From Vicinamibacterales bacterium (GTDB lineage: Bacteria > Acidobacteriota > Vicinamibacteria > Vicinamibacterales > UBA2999): a stretch of DNA of 64,000 bases. The notes under the pieces are model-generated. The model did not search any database, was not told the origin of the DNA, and saw only the letters and a program-made list of their open reading frames with translations. A program made the position numbers and the translations under genes. Numbering within the stretch: position 1 is the first letter of the stretch; every line of letters starts with the position of its first letter. This document shows, in pieces, positions 10,096 to 18,768 of this stretch. The stretch spans positions 123,573 to 187,572 of the forward strand of contig DATLXN010000020.1 of assembly GCA_035575715.1 (NCBI GenBank), given 5' to 3'.

Positions 10096-10791
10096 CTACA
10101 TGGGCAGCAGTTCCTCGGCGGCAACCGCGCGTTGCCGCTCTTCCGTGCCGGCGACCAGGCCGATCGCGCGGATGTCTCGGGCGAGACGTTCGAGCACGTT
10201 CCCCTCTTGTAACCCTGACGGGCCGGCAATGCGCAACGCCGCATCGATCGTCCGCTGTGCCGCTGACGAGGCCATCAGCCGGGCAAGCGCGGTGTCAGCG
10301 TCGCTTGATGTCGCGGCGGCTTTGTAGGTGAGGAGCCGTGCGGCAGCCAATTCGGTCGCGGCATCGGCGACGACCCAATGCGGCTTCTCCTCGTGGCTGC
10401 CCGGGTTGGCGGCGGCATGACGCAGTTCGGCCAGCGCCACATCCAGCGCGGCCTGGCCCAGTCCCACGGCGGCGGCGGCCAGCAGCAGTTGCGCCCGTAA
10501 TCCGTCGTCGATCGTCGACGCGCCCTTCAACCCCGACAGGCCCAGCGGCGACGCCTCTGGCGAGGTCGTGATCACGCTGAGCGCCGCAGCGCCGCTGGCG
10601 GCGGCAATCGCCTCGACCATCAGCACATTACTCAGCGCATCGTCGCTCACCAGATCTGCGATCTGTTGTCCGACCCCGGCAGCAAGGGTCGTGCTGCGAT
10701 CGATGGCGGCCGCCTGATTCAGGAGGGTCGCGGCGAGCGCGTGCGCACGGTCGCGCACGGCCTGTTGATCAGACGACAATTCGAATGTCAT
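10096..10791 (-). CDS. acyl-CoA-dehydrogenase-like all-helical protein, apparently lacking the middle beta-domain
   Basis: I chose the internal start MTFELSSDQQAVRDRAHALA (ATG 10791-10789), which overlaps the HIT gene stop as ATGA. The C-terminal part LERLARDIRAIGLVAGTEE resembles the ACAD C-terminal helical domain. No CxSExxxGSD/WITN-type middle domain is seen. Confidence 0.55.
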   Translation of the reverse strand: MTFELSSDQQAVRDRAHALAATLLNQAAAIDRSTTLAAGVGQQIADLVSDDALSNVLMVEAIAAASGAAALSVITTSPEASPLGLSGLKGASTIDDGLRAQLLLAAAAVGLGQAALDVALAELRHAAANPGSHEEKPHWVVADAATELAAARLLTYKAAATSSDADTALARLMASSAAQRTIDAALRIAGPSGLQEGNVLERLARDIRAIGLVAGTEERQRAVAAEELLPM

Positions 10792-11279
10792 ACAGCGGAC
10801 AACTTGTGAAAGATGGGCCGAAGACGTTCGGCCGTACGAGGCAGTTCTTCCGGCAGCACGCGCACATTGCCGACGACCGACATGAAATTGGTGTCGCCGG
10901 TCCACCGCGGCACCAGATGGACATGCAGATGGTCGAGGACACCAGCGCCCGCGGGTCGGCCGAGATTCATGCCGACATTGATCCCCTGCGGTTGATAGGC
11001 CTCGGTCAGCGCCATCTCCGCGCGACGCGTCAACACCCCTAGTTCGGCCAACTCCGTTGAATCGACCGCCGCCAGGGTCCCGACGTGGCGGCGCGGGACG
11101 ATCATCAAGTGGCCGGCGTTATAGGGATACAGGTTGAGGATCACGAAGCAGGTCGGACCCTCATCGACGACCAGCGCCCGCCCGGCGTCATGCTGAAGCG
11201 CATCGCAAAACACGCAACCGCCGTCTTCAGCAGTGCGCGTCACGTAGGAATGCCTCCAGGGCGACCATAGGCGCTCCAT
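10788..11279 (-). CDS. HIT family (histidine triad) nucleotide hydrolase/transferase
   Basis: LYPYNAGHLMIVPRRH and the histidine triad DHLHVHLVPR. Confidence 0.85.
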   Translation of the reverse strand: MERLWSPWRHSYVTRTAEDGGCVFCDALQHDAGRALVVDEGPTCFVILNLYPYNAGHLMIVPRRHVGTLAAVDSTELAELGVLTRRAEMALTEAYQPQGINVGMNLGRPAGAGVLDHLHVHLVPRWTGDTNFMSVVGNVRVLPEELPRTAERLRPIFHKLSAV

Positions 11280-11289
11280 TGCACGACGA

Positions 11290-11370
11290 AGTTACCAGTT
11301 ACCAGCTGCCAGTTCAAAGGACATCCCGAACAGCGCAACCACCCGGCTGCCTTTTTGAGCTGGTAACTGG
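11290..11370. repeat. heptamer repeat plus 13-bp inverted repeat between ihfB stop and HIT gene start
   Basis: agttacc agttacc agctgcc agttc at 11290-11315. The arm ccagttaccagct (11295-11307) pairs with agctggtaactgg (11358-11370). Confidence 0.55.
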
Positions 11371-11377
11371 AAACTTA

Positions 11378-11698
11378 CTAGGAGGCCGCCGAGTCCGGGG
11401 CCAGCGAGGCCGCCCCCTCTTCGTCTTTGTTGATGAGGTCTTTGAGTTCTTTACCGGGCTTGAAGTAGGGCACGCGCTTGGGCGGCACGTCGACTTTATC
11501 GCCGGTCTTGGGATTGCGACCCTTGCGGGGCTCGCGCTTGCGGAGACGAAAGCTGCCAAAGCCGCGCAGCTCGATCTTTTCGCCGCGATGCAGGGCATCG
11601 ATGATGCTCTGGAACACCGTGTCGACGATCGCTTCGGAGTGCTTCTTCGTCAGGTCCGATACGCGCGAGACCTCTTCGACAAGCTCGGCTTTGGTCAT
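11378..11698 (-). CDS. ihfB: integration host factor beta subunit / HU-family DNA-bending protein
   Basis: MTKAELVEEVS..AIVDTVFQSIIDALHRGEKIELRGFGSFRLRKREPRKGRNPKTGDKVDVPPKRVPYFKPGKEL. It lies directly downstream of rpsA, as in the conserved cmk-rpsA-ihfB arrangement. Confidence 0.85.
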   Translation of the reverse strand: MTKAELVEEVSRVSDLTKKHSEAIVDTVFQSIIDALHRGEKIELRGFGSFRLRKREPRKGRNPKTGDKVDVPPKRVPYFKPGKELKDLINKDEEGAASLAPDSAAS

Positions 11699-11701
11699 AA
11701 C

Positions 11702-11745
11702 AGGGATCAGGGATCAGGGATCAGGGATTAGGCCCTGATCCCCGT
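11702..11745. repeat. GGGATCA heptamer array with terminal inverted copy (hairpin) between rpsA stop and ihfB start
   Basis: agggatc x3 plus agggatt, followed by ccctgatccc. This gives a perfect 10-bp stem gggatcaggg/ccctgatccc with a 6-nt loop. Confidence 0.7.
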
Positions 11746-11748
11746 CAG

Positions 11749-13527
11749 TTACTTGTTGAACTTGAAGTGTTCCCCGAGCGTGGCGCCACCTTCGCCCTGC
11801 GCCGACGAATACTCTGCCCACTCCGTGCGAATCTCGTCCGACTTCATCGCGCGGATGCTCAGGCCGATCTTGCGATCTGCCGGGCTCAGCTTGATGATCT
11901 TCATCGGCGTGGTTGCACCCACTTCGAGGTTGATCTTCTCGCCGCCGCTCGCTTCGTCGAATTCGCTGACGTGAATCAGCCCTTCGATGCCCTCGTCGAG
12001 TTCGACAAAGGCGCCAAAGTTGGTCATCCGGACGATCTTGCCTTCAATGGTGTCGCCGACCTTACGGCGTGCAAAGAAGTCTTCCCAGATATCGGTCGCC
12101 AGCTGCTTCAGCCCCAGTGACAGGCGCTGATTTTCGGCGTCGATACTGAGGACCATCGCCTCGACCACGTCGCCCTTTTTGAGGACTTCGCTCGGGTGCT
12201 TGATCCGCTTGCTCCACGACATGTCCGAGATATGGATCAGGCCGTCGATGTCTTCTTCGACTTCGACAAACGCGCCAAACTCGGTCAGGTTGCGGACCTT
12301 GCCGGTGATCTTCGTCCCGACTGGATACTTGCCGACCAGCTCGTGCCACGGATTGCTTTCGACCTGCTTGAGGCCGAGCGAGATGCGGCGCGCCGCCGGA
12401 TCCACGCCGAGGACCATCGCGTCGACGCTGTCGCCGACATTGAGGATCTTCGAGGGGTGCTTGACGCGCTTGCTCCACGACATTTCGCTGACGTGGATCA
12501 ACCCTTCGACACCAGGTTCGAGCTCGATGAAGGCGCCGTAGTCGGTCAGGCTGACCACTTTGCCAGACATCCGCGCGCCCGCCGGGTAACGGTCCATCGC
12601 GGTCATCCAGGGATCCTGAATGAGCTGCTTGTGACCGAGCGAGACCCGTTCGGTGCCCGCGTCGTACTTGAGCACGACGACGTCGATTTCGTCGTTGACC
12701 TTGAAGAGTTCTGACGGATGGCCGACCCGGCCCCACGACATGTCCGTGATGTGCAACAGGCCGTCGATGCCGCCGAGATCAATGAACGCCCCGTAGTCGG
12801 TGATGTTCTTGACCACCCCGCGCAGCACTTTGCCTTCGGCGAGCGTTTCGAGCGTCGTCTTCTTCTTCTCGGCGTTTTCTTCTTCGAGGAGAACTTTGCG
12901 GGACAGCACGATGTTGCCGCGCTTCTTGTTCACCTTGATCACGCGCATGCGGAGCTCTTGCCCCTTCAGCGCATCGAGGTTGCGCACCGGACGCACGTCG
13001 ATCTGGCTGCCTGGCAGGAAGGCGCGGACCCCGATGTCGACCGCGAGGCCGCCCTTGATCCGTTCGATGACGCGGCCGATGACGACCTTCTTTTCGGCGA
13101 AGGCGCGTTCGACCTCGTCCCAGATTTTCATCTTCTCGGCTTTTTCGCGCGAGAGGACGATGTGACCTTCACGGTCTTCGGTGCGTTCGAGCAGCACGTC
13201 GACCGTGTCACCCGGCTGAACCGTTACCTGACCGGTTTCGTCGAGGAACTCGTCGACCGGAATGATGCCCTCGGACTTGTAACCCACGTCGACGACAATT
13301 TCAGTGTCGGTGACCTTGAGAACAGTGCCCTTGACGACTTCGCCTTCTGCTATATTCCGGAAGCTGTTGTCGTACAGATCCAAGATGCGGGCGAATTCTT
13401 GCTGATCGACATCGGAATCTCCCTGGGACCAGGGATTGGTGGTTTTCAGCGTCTGCCGACCCGACGGTTGTCTAACCCGGGCCGGAACGCCCGTCGGCTC
13501 AACAGCCGTGTTTTGCTCGTCTTGCAT
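11749..13527 (-). CDS. rpsA: 30S ribosomal protein S1
   Basis: Six S1 (OB-fold) repeats, for example GEVVKGTVLKV, GRVIERIKGGLAVDIG, GVVKNITDYGAFIDLGGIDGLLHITDMSW. I prefer the start at MQDEQN (ATG 13527-13525, AGGAGG 12 nt upstream) over the track start at 13587. Confidence 0.9.
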   Translation of the reverse strand: MQDEQNTAVEPTGVPARVRQPSGRQTLKTTNPWSQGDSDVDQQEFARILDLYDNSFRNIAEGEVVKGTVLKVTDTEIVVDVGYKSEGIIPVDEFLDETGQVTVQPGDTVDVLLERTEDREGHIVLSREKAEKMKIWDEVERAFAEKKVVIGRVIERIKGGLAVDIGVRAFLPGSQIDVRPVRNLDALKGQELRMRVIKVNKKRGNIVLSRKVLLEEENAEKKKTTLETLAEGKVLRGVVKNITDYGAFIDLGGIDGLLHITDMSWGRVGHPSELFKVNDEIDVVVLKYDAGTERVSLGHKQLIQDPWMTAMDRYPAGARMSGKVVSLTDYGAFIELEPGVEGLIHVSEMSWSKRVKHPSKILNVGDSVDAMVLGVDPAARRISLGLKQVESNPWHELVGKYPVGTKITGKVRNLTEFGAFVEVEEDIDGLIHISDMSWSKRIKHPSEVLKKGDVVEAMVLSIDAENQRLSLGLKQLATDIWEDFFARRKVGDTIEGKIVRMTNFGAFVELDEGIEGLIHVSEFDEASGGEKINLEVGATTPMKIIKLSPADRKIGLSIRAMKSDEIRTEWAEYSSAQGEGGATLGEHFKFNK

Positions 13528-13708
13528 TGCGGTGCGCGTCCTCCTGCTAATCGATTTTGCCGGGCATTGGTGAGCGGGGGCCGGCACCCCGCGGATTGTT
13601 AGTTCACGTGATCGCGTTCAACAGGAACGAAATCGGACGCGCGCGTAACCAATAGACGTTACGTTACTTAGCGCTCACTGTCAAGGTTGGGCGGTAAAGG
13701 ATTCGGCC

Positions 13709-14434
13709 ATGGCCAAGAAGAAGGCAAAGAAGTCGGCGCGACCGGCGACGAAGAAGAAGGCACCGAGGGCGGTGAAACGCACCGCTAAGAAAGCCCCGGC
13801 GCGGAAAGCAGGCTCCCGACGCCCGGCAGCGAAGTCACGCCCGGCCGCTCGCGTCGCGGCCAGAAAAGCTGCGCCCCGGACGACCGCGTCGCGGCACGCG
13901 CCCAAGAAGTCGGCGCCGAAGCAGGCCGCACCCCGGAAACCGGCGCTGAAGAAGGCGCCGGCCAGGAAGGTCGCGGTCACGCGCACTGCGCCTTCGACCC
14001 GGAAGGCCGTCGCGGCGGTGACCACTCGCCGTCCACCCACTCTCGATCGGCCGCGGCGTCGCGCGGCCGACGCCGAGGCCGACCTCGTCAAGGGCCCGCC
14101 CTCGTCGCTCGACCTGGACCGCTCCGCGTCCGCCGCACGGAGTGGCCGCGCCGAGTTCAACCAGAAGCTGCACGACCACCCTTCGACGGGCCCGGCGTTC
14201 ACCGGCGGCGACGTCGATGCCAACTGGGAAGATGCCGAGACAACTGGCGACGAAGCGCCAGGCGGCAACAACCCCACACCCGACCAGGGCGTCGTCGAGG
14301 ACATCGGAAAATCGCTCGGCGTCACCTATGAGGACGATGAGGAGCTGCAGGGCGGCGACGAAATCGTCGCGCGGGACAAGAATCGCTGGGAGTTGGATCC
14401 CGCATCGAAGGAAGACTTCGAGGAGTCGGACTAA
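13709..14434 (+). CDS. histone-H1-like Lys/Ala/Pro-rich basic protein with acidic conserved C-terminal domain
   Basis: The N-terminal 110 aa or so is MAKKKAKKSARPATKKKAPRAVKRTAKKAPARKAG... The C-terminus is TGGDVDANWEDAETTGDEAPGGNNPTPDQGVVEDIGKSLGV..RWELDPASKEDFEE. A GGAT-rich Shine-Dalgarno-like sequence lies upstream. The antisense ORF 13681-14325 looks like a shadow. Confidence 0.6.
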   Translation: MAKKKAKKSARPATKKKAPRAVKRTAKKAPARKAGSRRPAAKSRPAARVAARKAAPRTTASRHAPKKSAPKQAAPRKPALKKAPARKVAVTRTAPSTRKAVAAVTTRRPPTLDRPRRRAADAEADLVKGPPSSLDLDRSASAARSGRAEFNQKLHDHPSTGPAFTGGDVDANWEDAETTGDEAPGGNNPTPDQGVVEDIGKSLGVTYEDDEELQGGDEIVARDKNRWELDPASKEDFEESD

Positions 14435-14439
14435 TAGAT

Positions 14440-14497
14440 AAGACGAAAGAAAAAAGACGAAAGAAGAAAATCGACGTTTCGTCTTTCGTCTTTCGTC
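14440..14497. terminator. AT-rich bidirectional hairpin between convergent genes
   Basis: gacgaaag x2 at 14442-14463 faces ctttcgtc x2-3 at 14476-14497. This is an unusually A/T-rich patch in a GC-rich genome, between the histone-like gene stop and the cmk stop. Confidence 0.5.
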
Positions 14498-15172
14498 CTA
14501 ACGCCCTGCCAGCTTTTCCCGCACCATCCCCATCACCCTCTCCACCACTTGCTCGATTGGCACGCCGGTGGTGTCGATATAGGTCGCATCGGGCGCGAGC
14601 GTGAGTGGCGCAACCGGCCGGGTGCTGTCCGATTGATCGCGGGCCTGGAGGTCGCTTTGCACGCCGGCCAGGCTGCCCTGCTGCCCGCCGGTGTGCGCCG
14701 GATCGCTGGCCCGGCGTTTGGCGCGTTCCTCGGCCGACGCGTCGAGGTAGACCTTCACCTCCGCATCAGGAAAGACCACGGTGCCGATGTCGCGGCCTTC
14801 CATGACTACGGCGCGTTTGCTGCCGAGTGCGCGCTGACGCGCGACCAGGACATCGCGGACTCGTGGCAGTCGCGCCACCGCGGCGGCGGCCTTGTCGATT
14901 TCAGGAGTGCGAATCGCGCGGGTGACATCGTGTCCGTCGATCACGACGGAGCCGCCTTCGGAGGTCAGCGCGGCGCCCTCGGCCAGTGCGGTCAGCCTCG
15001 CTTCATCATCGAGCGGCAGCTGATCATGCACCGCCTTCCACGCCAGCGCGCGGTACATCGCTCCGGTGTCGACATGTTTGTAGTTGAGAGCGGTCGCGAC
15101 GGCACGGGCCAGCGTGCCCTTCCCCGCACCAGACGGCCCGTCGATCGCGATTACGAGTGATTTATTTGCCAC
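14498..15172 (-). CDS. cmk: cytidylate kinase
   Basis: P-loop IAIDGPSGAGKGTLARAVA, then HVDTGAMYRA and EGRDIGTVVFPDA. Confidence 0.9.
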   Translation of the reverse strand: MANKSLVIAIDGPSGAGKGTLARAVATALNYKHVDTGAMYRALAWKAVHDQLPLDDEARLTALAEGAALTSEGGSVVIDGHDVTRAIRTPEIDKAAAAVARLPRVRDVLVARQRALGSKRAVVMEGRDIGTVVFPDAEVKVYLDASAEERAKRRASDPAHTGGQQGSLAGVQSDLQARDQSDSTRPVAPLTLAPDATYIDTTGVPIEQVVERVMGMVREKLAGR

Positions 15173-15189
15173 ACAAACTCAACACAGGA

Positions 15190-15273
15190 CCACAGATTAC
15201 ACAGATTGGGCAGATTGCGCCGATTACATAGAGGGTCTGATTAAATCTCGCGGTTGCTCTGTGTGATCTGTGG
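15190..15273. repeat. CAGATTA-type 9-mer tandem repeat with distal inverted copy
   Basis: cacagatta cacagattg ggcagattg cgccgatta at 15191-15226. ccacagattacac (15190-15202) pairs with gtgtgatctgtgg (15261-15273) with one mismatch. The reverse complement of the same unit recurs at 41551-41576. Confidence 0.6.
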
Positions 15274-15309
15274 AATTCGTGGTTTTTGGTCAGTGTAACA
15301 TCCACAATA

Positions 15310-16509
15310 ATGCGCAGAGTCGTTCGCGTCGCGCTGGTGCTGGTGGTGGTGCTGGCGATTGCCGGTTTCATCGCCCTCCCCTATGTCGACGCGCTGGCGT
15401 TTATCGCGCGGGCGGCCGGCATGGGCGGCCCGGCGGGGCAGATTGCCAGCGCGCGCGCCATGGAGTTTGTCGCCGATCCGGTGACCCAGGTGCCGACCCG
15501 TCATGGTCCGGTGGACGCGCGGATGTATCGGCCCGCGAGCGGTAGCGCACGCCGCGCCGTGACTCTGGTGCCAGGCGTGCACATGGACGGCATTCGCGAA
15601 GCACGCCTCGTCGGCATGGCCGAGGACCTTGCCGCGAGCGGCTTCGCCGTCCTCACCGTGGCCACGCCCGACCTGCAGCGCTTTCAAATTACCCCGCGCT
15701 CGACCGACATTATCGAAGATGCCGCGAAGTGGCTGGCGTCGCAGCAGCCCGACGGCAAGATCGGCATGCTTGGGATCAGTTTCTCGGGTGGTCTGTCGAT
15801 CGTCGCCGCCGGCCGCCCCGAGCTACGCGACAAAGTCAACTTCGTCATGTCTTTCGGCGGGCATGGCGACTTGCCGCGCGTGATGCGCTATCTCTGCTCG
15901 GGCAACGCGCCAGCGATGCCCCCGCTCGGCGAAGCCACCCGCGACGTTGCCGGCGCCGAGCACGTGTCAATCAAACCGCCGCACGACTACGGCGTGGCGG
16001 TGGTGCTGCTCAGTCTGGCCGATCGCATTGTGCCCGCCGATCAGGTCGAACCGCTCCGCAACGGCATCCTGATTTTTCTCACCGCGTCTTCACTGGACAT
16101 GATCGACAAGCCGCGCGCCGAAGCCGAGTTTGGTCGCGCTCGCGCATTCGCGGCGCAGCTCCCCGAGCCTTCGCGCACGCTGATGACCCACGTCAACGAC
16201 CGCGCCGTCGACAAACTTGGGCCGGTGCTCTTGCCGGTCGTCGAAGCCATCCACGAACCGGAAGCCGTTGCGGCGTTGTCGCCCGAACAGGCGCCGCCGC
16301 CCGCTGCCGACGTCTTCCTGCTCCACGGCGCAGAAGACAACGTGATTCCGTCGGTGGAAACCGTTCTGCTGACCAATCATTTGCGCGGCAAGACCGACGT
16401 CCACGCCGTCTTGAGTGGTCTGATTACCCATGCCGAAGTCGATAAGAGCGCCGCTGCCATCGAAGTGTGGCGTCTGGTCGGCTTCTGGCGGAGCTTGATG
16501 TCCCGATGA
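15310..16509 (+). CDS. membrane-anchored alpha/beta-hydrolase-fold protein (function unknown)
   Basis: N-terminal TM segment MRRVVRVALVLVVVLAIAGFIAL and nucleophile-elbow-like GISFSGGLS. The track ORF begins at TTG 15286; I prefer ATG 15310. The stop overlaps the next gene start as ATGA. Confidence 0.55.
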   Translation: MRRVVRVALVLVVVLAIAGFIALPYVDALAFIARAAGMGGPAGQIASARAMEFVADPVTQVPTRHGPVDARMYRPASGSARRAVTLVPGVHMDGIREARLVGMAEDLAASGFAVLTVATPDLQRFQITPRSTDIIEDAAKWLASQQPDGKIGMLGISFSGGLSIVAAGRPELRDKVNFVMSFGGHGDLPRVMRYLCSGNAPAMPPLGEATRDVAGAEHVSIKPPHDYGVAVVLLSLADRIVPADQVEPLRNGILIFLTASSLDMIDKPRAEAEFGRARAFAAQLPEPSRTLMTHVNDRAVDKLGPVLLPVVEAIHEPEAVAALSPEQAPPPAADVFLLHGAEDNVIPSVETVLLTNHLRGKTDVHAVLSGLITHAEVDKSAAAIEVWRLVGFWRSLMSR

Positions 16510-17306
16510 AAACGAAGACCGCACCAACCGCCAGGACTGGACGCGCCGCCAAGGGGGGCAAGATACCAGCCCGCGAAGGCGAACGCCTGCAAAAGCTGTT
16601 GTCGACCGCCGGCGTTGCGTCGCGCCGCGCGTCCGAGGAGCTCATTCTTCAGGGACGCGTCTCGGTCAACGGTGAGTACATCCGCACGTTAGGCAGCAAG
16701 GCCGATCCGACGAAGGACGAAATCAAGGTGGACGGCCGTCGCCTGCGATTCGATCAGCGGCAACGCTACATCCTGCTCAATAAGCCGAAGGGCTACGTGA
16801 CGACCCGCAAAGATCCAGAGGGCCGCAAGACGGTGATGGATCTGCTGACTGCAGTCAAGGAATACGTCTACCCTGTCGGCCGGCTGGACTACGACAGCGA
16901 AGGCCTCCTGTTGCTGACCAGCGACGGCGACCTCGCCGCCCGTCTGATGCACCCTCGTCATCAAGTCGCACGCGTCTACGACGCCATCGTCGTCGGCGAA
17001 CCCGACGAGGAGACATTGGACCAGTTGCGGAGCGGGGTGATCCTCGAGGGAGCGCGGACGGCGCCTGCCGAAGTCCGGCACGGCGGGGTGATCGGGCGAG
17101 GGCGCAATGCGACGTCGAAGCTGACGATTACGCTGCGCGAAGGCAAAAACCGGCAGGTGCGACGGATGTGTGCGGCGGTCGGACACACCGTACGTAAACT
17201 GATCCGCATCCGCATGGGCCCGATTCGTCTCGGCGACCTGCGCCCAGGGTATTGGCGCGAACTGACGCCGGCCGAAGTCGACAAACTGAAGAACGCCGCG
17301 CTTTAG
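16506..17306 (+). CDS. RluB/RsuA-family 23S/16S rRNA pseudouridine synthase
   Basis: S4 domain LQKLLSTAGVASRRASEELILQGRVSVNG and catalytic block PVGRLDYDSEGLLLLTSDGDL. The start at MKTKTAP (ATG 16506) forms an ATGA overlap with the upstream stop. Confidence 0.85.
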   Translation: MKTKTAPTARTGRAAKGGKIPAREGERLQKLLSTAGVASRRASEELILQGRVSVNGEYIRTLGSKADPTKDEIKVDGRRLRFDQRQRYILLNKPKGYVTTRKDPEGRKTVMDLLTAVKEYVYPVGRLDYDSEGLLLLTSDGDLAARLMHPRHQVARVYDAIVVGEPDEETLDQLRSGVILEGARTAPAEVRHGGVIGRGRNATSKLTITLREGKNRQVRRMCAAVGHTVRKLIRIRMGPIRLGDLRPGYWRELTPAEVDKLKNAAL

Positions 17307-18031
17307 ATGTCAGCGGCCCGGCGGCTGCGGATCACCCGCCCGGCCGCATGCCGCGCCGTCAGCCACCGATTGGAGAGCGCCAGCGCCGCGTGATGGGCAT
17401 GCAGACGCCAGGCGCCGTGGCGCACGGCGCGCTTATTCACGAACAACACGTCGACGTTCGGGCGCGCATAGACCAGGGTCCAGAAGCCGAGCCGGGTCAT
17501 GCGCTTCTTGATCGCCCTGACCGCCCCGGTGATCGCCAGCGAGTCGATGAAGTCGTGAAATTCCACGGTCACCTGGTCGATGCTGCGCAGGGCCTGGTCG
17601 GGCAGGCTTTCGAACAGCGCGACCTCAGCGCCCTCGATATCGACTTTGAGCAGGTCGATATGTGCAATCCCCTGGGCTTGCATGAAGTCGAACAAGGTCG
17701 TGGTCGGGATCTCGATGGCGGCAAGCGAGCCGACGTCACGGTGGCGGGGATCGAGGCTATGACCGTCGCGATTGGGGGCGACGTACAAGGTCGCGCGCCC
17801 GGTGTGGTCGGCGATGCCGGCATGATGCTTTGAGACCCGCGCCGTCACGTGCATCTCGGCGTAATTGGCCGGGTTGGCTTCAACCGCGAATACCCGCGCA
17901 CCCCAGCGGGTGCTGATCGCATTGGCAAACGCCGCTTCGCAGGCGCCAAGGTCGACGACCACCGAATGCGCGCCGAGGAGCGGCGCATAAAAATGATGGC
18001 CGCTGATCGCGTCGATGCCTGGCGCCATCAC
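17303..18031 (-). CDS. FkbM-family SAM-dependent methyltransferase
   Basis: VVVDLGACEAAFANAI, VFAVEANPANY and IDLLKVDIEGAE are FkbM-family blocks. There is a 4-nt overlap with the scpB stop. Its stop interlocks with the convergent rluB stop (TTAG). Confidence 0.7.
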   Translation of the reverse strand: MMAPGIDAISGHHFYAPLLGAHSVVVDLGACEAAFANAISTRWGARVFAVEANPANYAEMHVTARVSKHHAGIADHTGRATLYVAPNRDGHSLDPRHRDVGSLAAIEIPTTTLFDFMQAQGIAHIDLLKVDIEGAEVALFESLPDQALRSIDQVTVEFHDFIDSLAITGAVRAIKKRMTRLGFWTLVYARPNVDVLFVNKRAVRHGAWRLHAHHAALALSNRWLTARHAAGRVIRSRRAADI

Positions 18032-18768
18032 TCGCCGGCGGGCGGCGGCGTTTCCTCGTCGAGCGGCAGCATTTCCTCGGGCACCATGCGCTCCATCAGG
18101 ATGGCCGGCGCATCGAAGCCGAGCGCCGCGGCCATGTCTTCCACCCTGGGCAGGTCGTTGAGATCCTTGAGTCCGAAACGAATCAGAAATTCCTTGGTCG
18201 TGCCATAGAGGAACGGCCGGCCGATCACGTTCTTGCGGCCAACGATCTTAATCAGGTGACGCTCCATCAGTGTCGACAGCACCCCCGATGTGTTGACGCC
18301 GCGAATCTCGCCGATCTCGGCGGCGGTAATCGGTTGCTTGTAGGCGATCACCGCCAGCGTCTCCAGCGACTGCACCGACAGTTTCTGGGTGGTCCGCTCG
18401 TGAAACAAGCGGCGCACCCAGTCATGGAACTCCGGCCGCGTCGTGATTTGATAGCCACCCGCGACTTCGGCCAGGTGCAGGCCGCCGCGCGTGTCGTAGT
18501 CCTGCTGCAGTTCCTGCACCGCCGCCAGCACGTCTTCTTTCGGTTCGTCGCTGAGCAGCTTGAACAACATCTTCGGCGTCAGCGGTTCCGGGGACGCAAA
18601 GACCAGTGCTTCGATGATCGACTTCAGCTGGCGGGTGTCGAGCCGCGGGGCCATTTCGGCCGGCTGGTCGGCCTGGTCGGCTTGGCTGGTCCGGTTGGTC
18701 TGCTGATCAGACACGCCCGGCTCCGCACCCCCCGCGATGTCTGCCCCGTCTGTGTGCTCTTCGCTCAT
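18028..18768 (-). CDS. scpB: segregation and condensation protein B
   Basis: IIEALVFASPEPLT..LQQDY..GGLHLAEVAGGYQITTRPEF..LETLAVIAYKQPITAAEIGEIRGV..GRPFLYGTTKEFL. Confidence 0.9.
   Translation of the reverse strand: MSEEHTDGADIAGGAEPGVSDQQTNRTSQADQADQPAEMAPRLDTRQLKSIIEALVFASPEPLTPKMLFKLLSDEPKEDVLAAVQELQQDYDTRGGLHLAEVAGGYQITTRPEFHDWVRRLFHERTTQKLSVQSLETLAVIAYKQPITAAEIGEIRGVNTSGVLSTLMERHLIKIVGRKNVIGRPFLYGTTKEFLIRFGLKDLNDLPRVEDMAAALGFDAPAILMERMVPEEMLPLDEETPPPAGE

Noticed and set aside
13681-14325. 214-aa minus-strand ORF opposite the histone-like gene
   Set aside because: It is the complement of a Lys/Ala/Pro repeat and gives a Phe/Ala/Gly/Arg-rich nonsense pattern. The plus-strand frame has a coherent basic repeat plus an acidic conserved C-terminal domain and a terminator.
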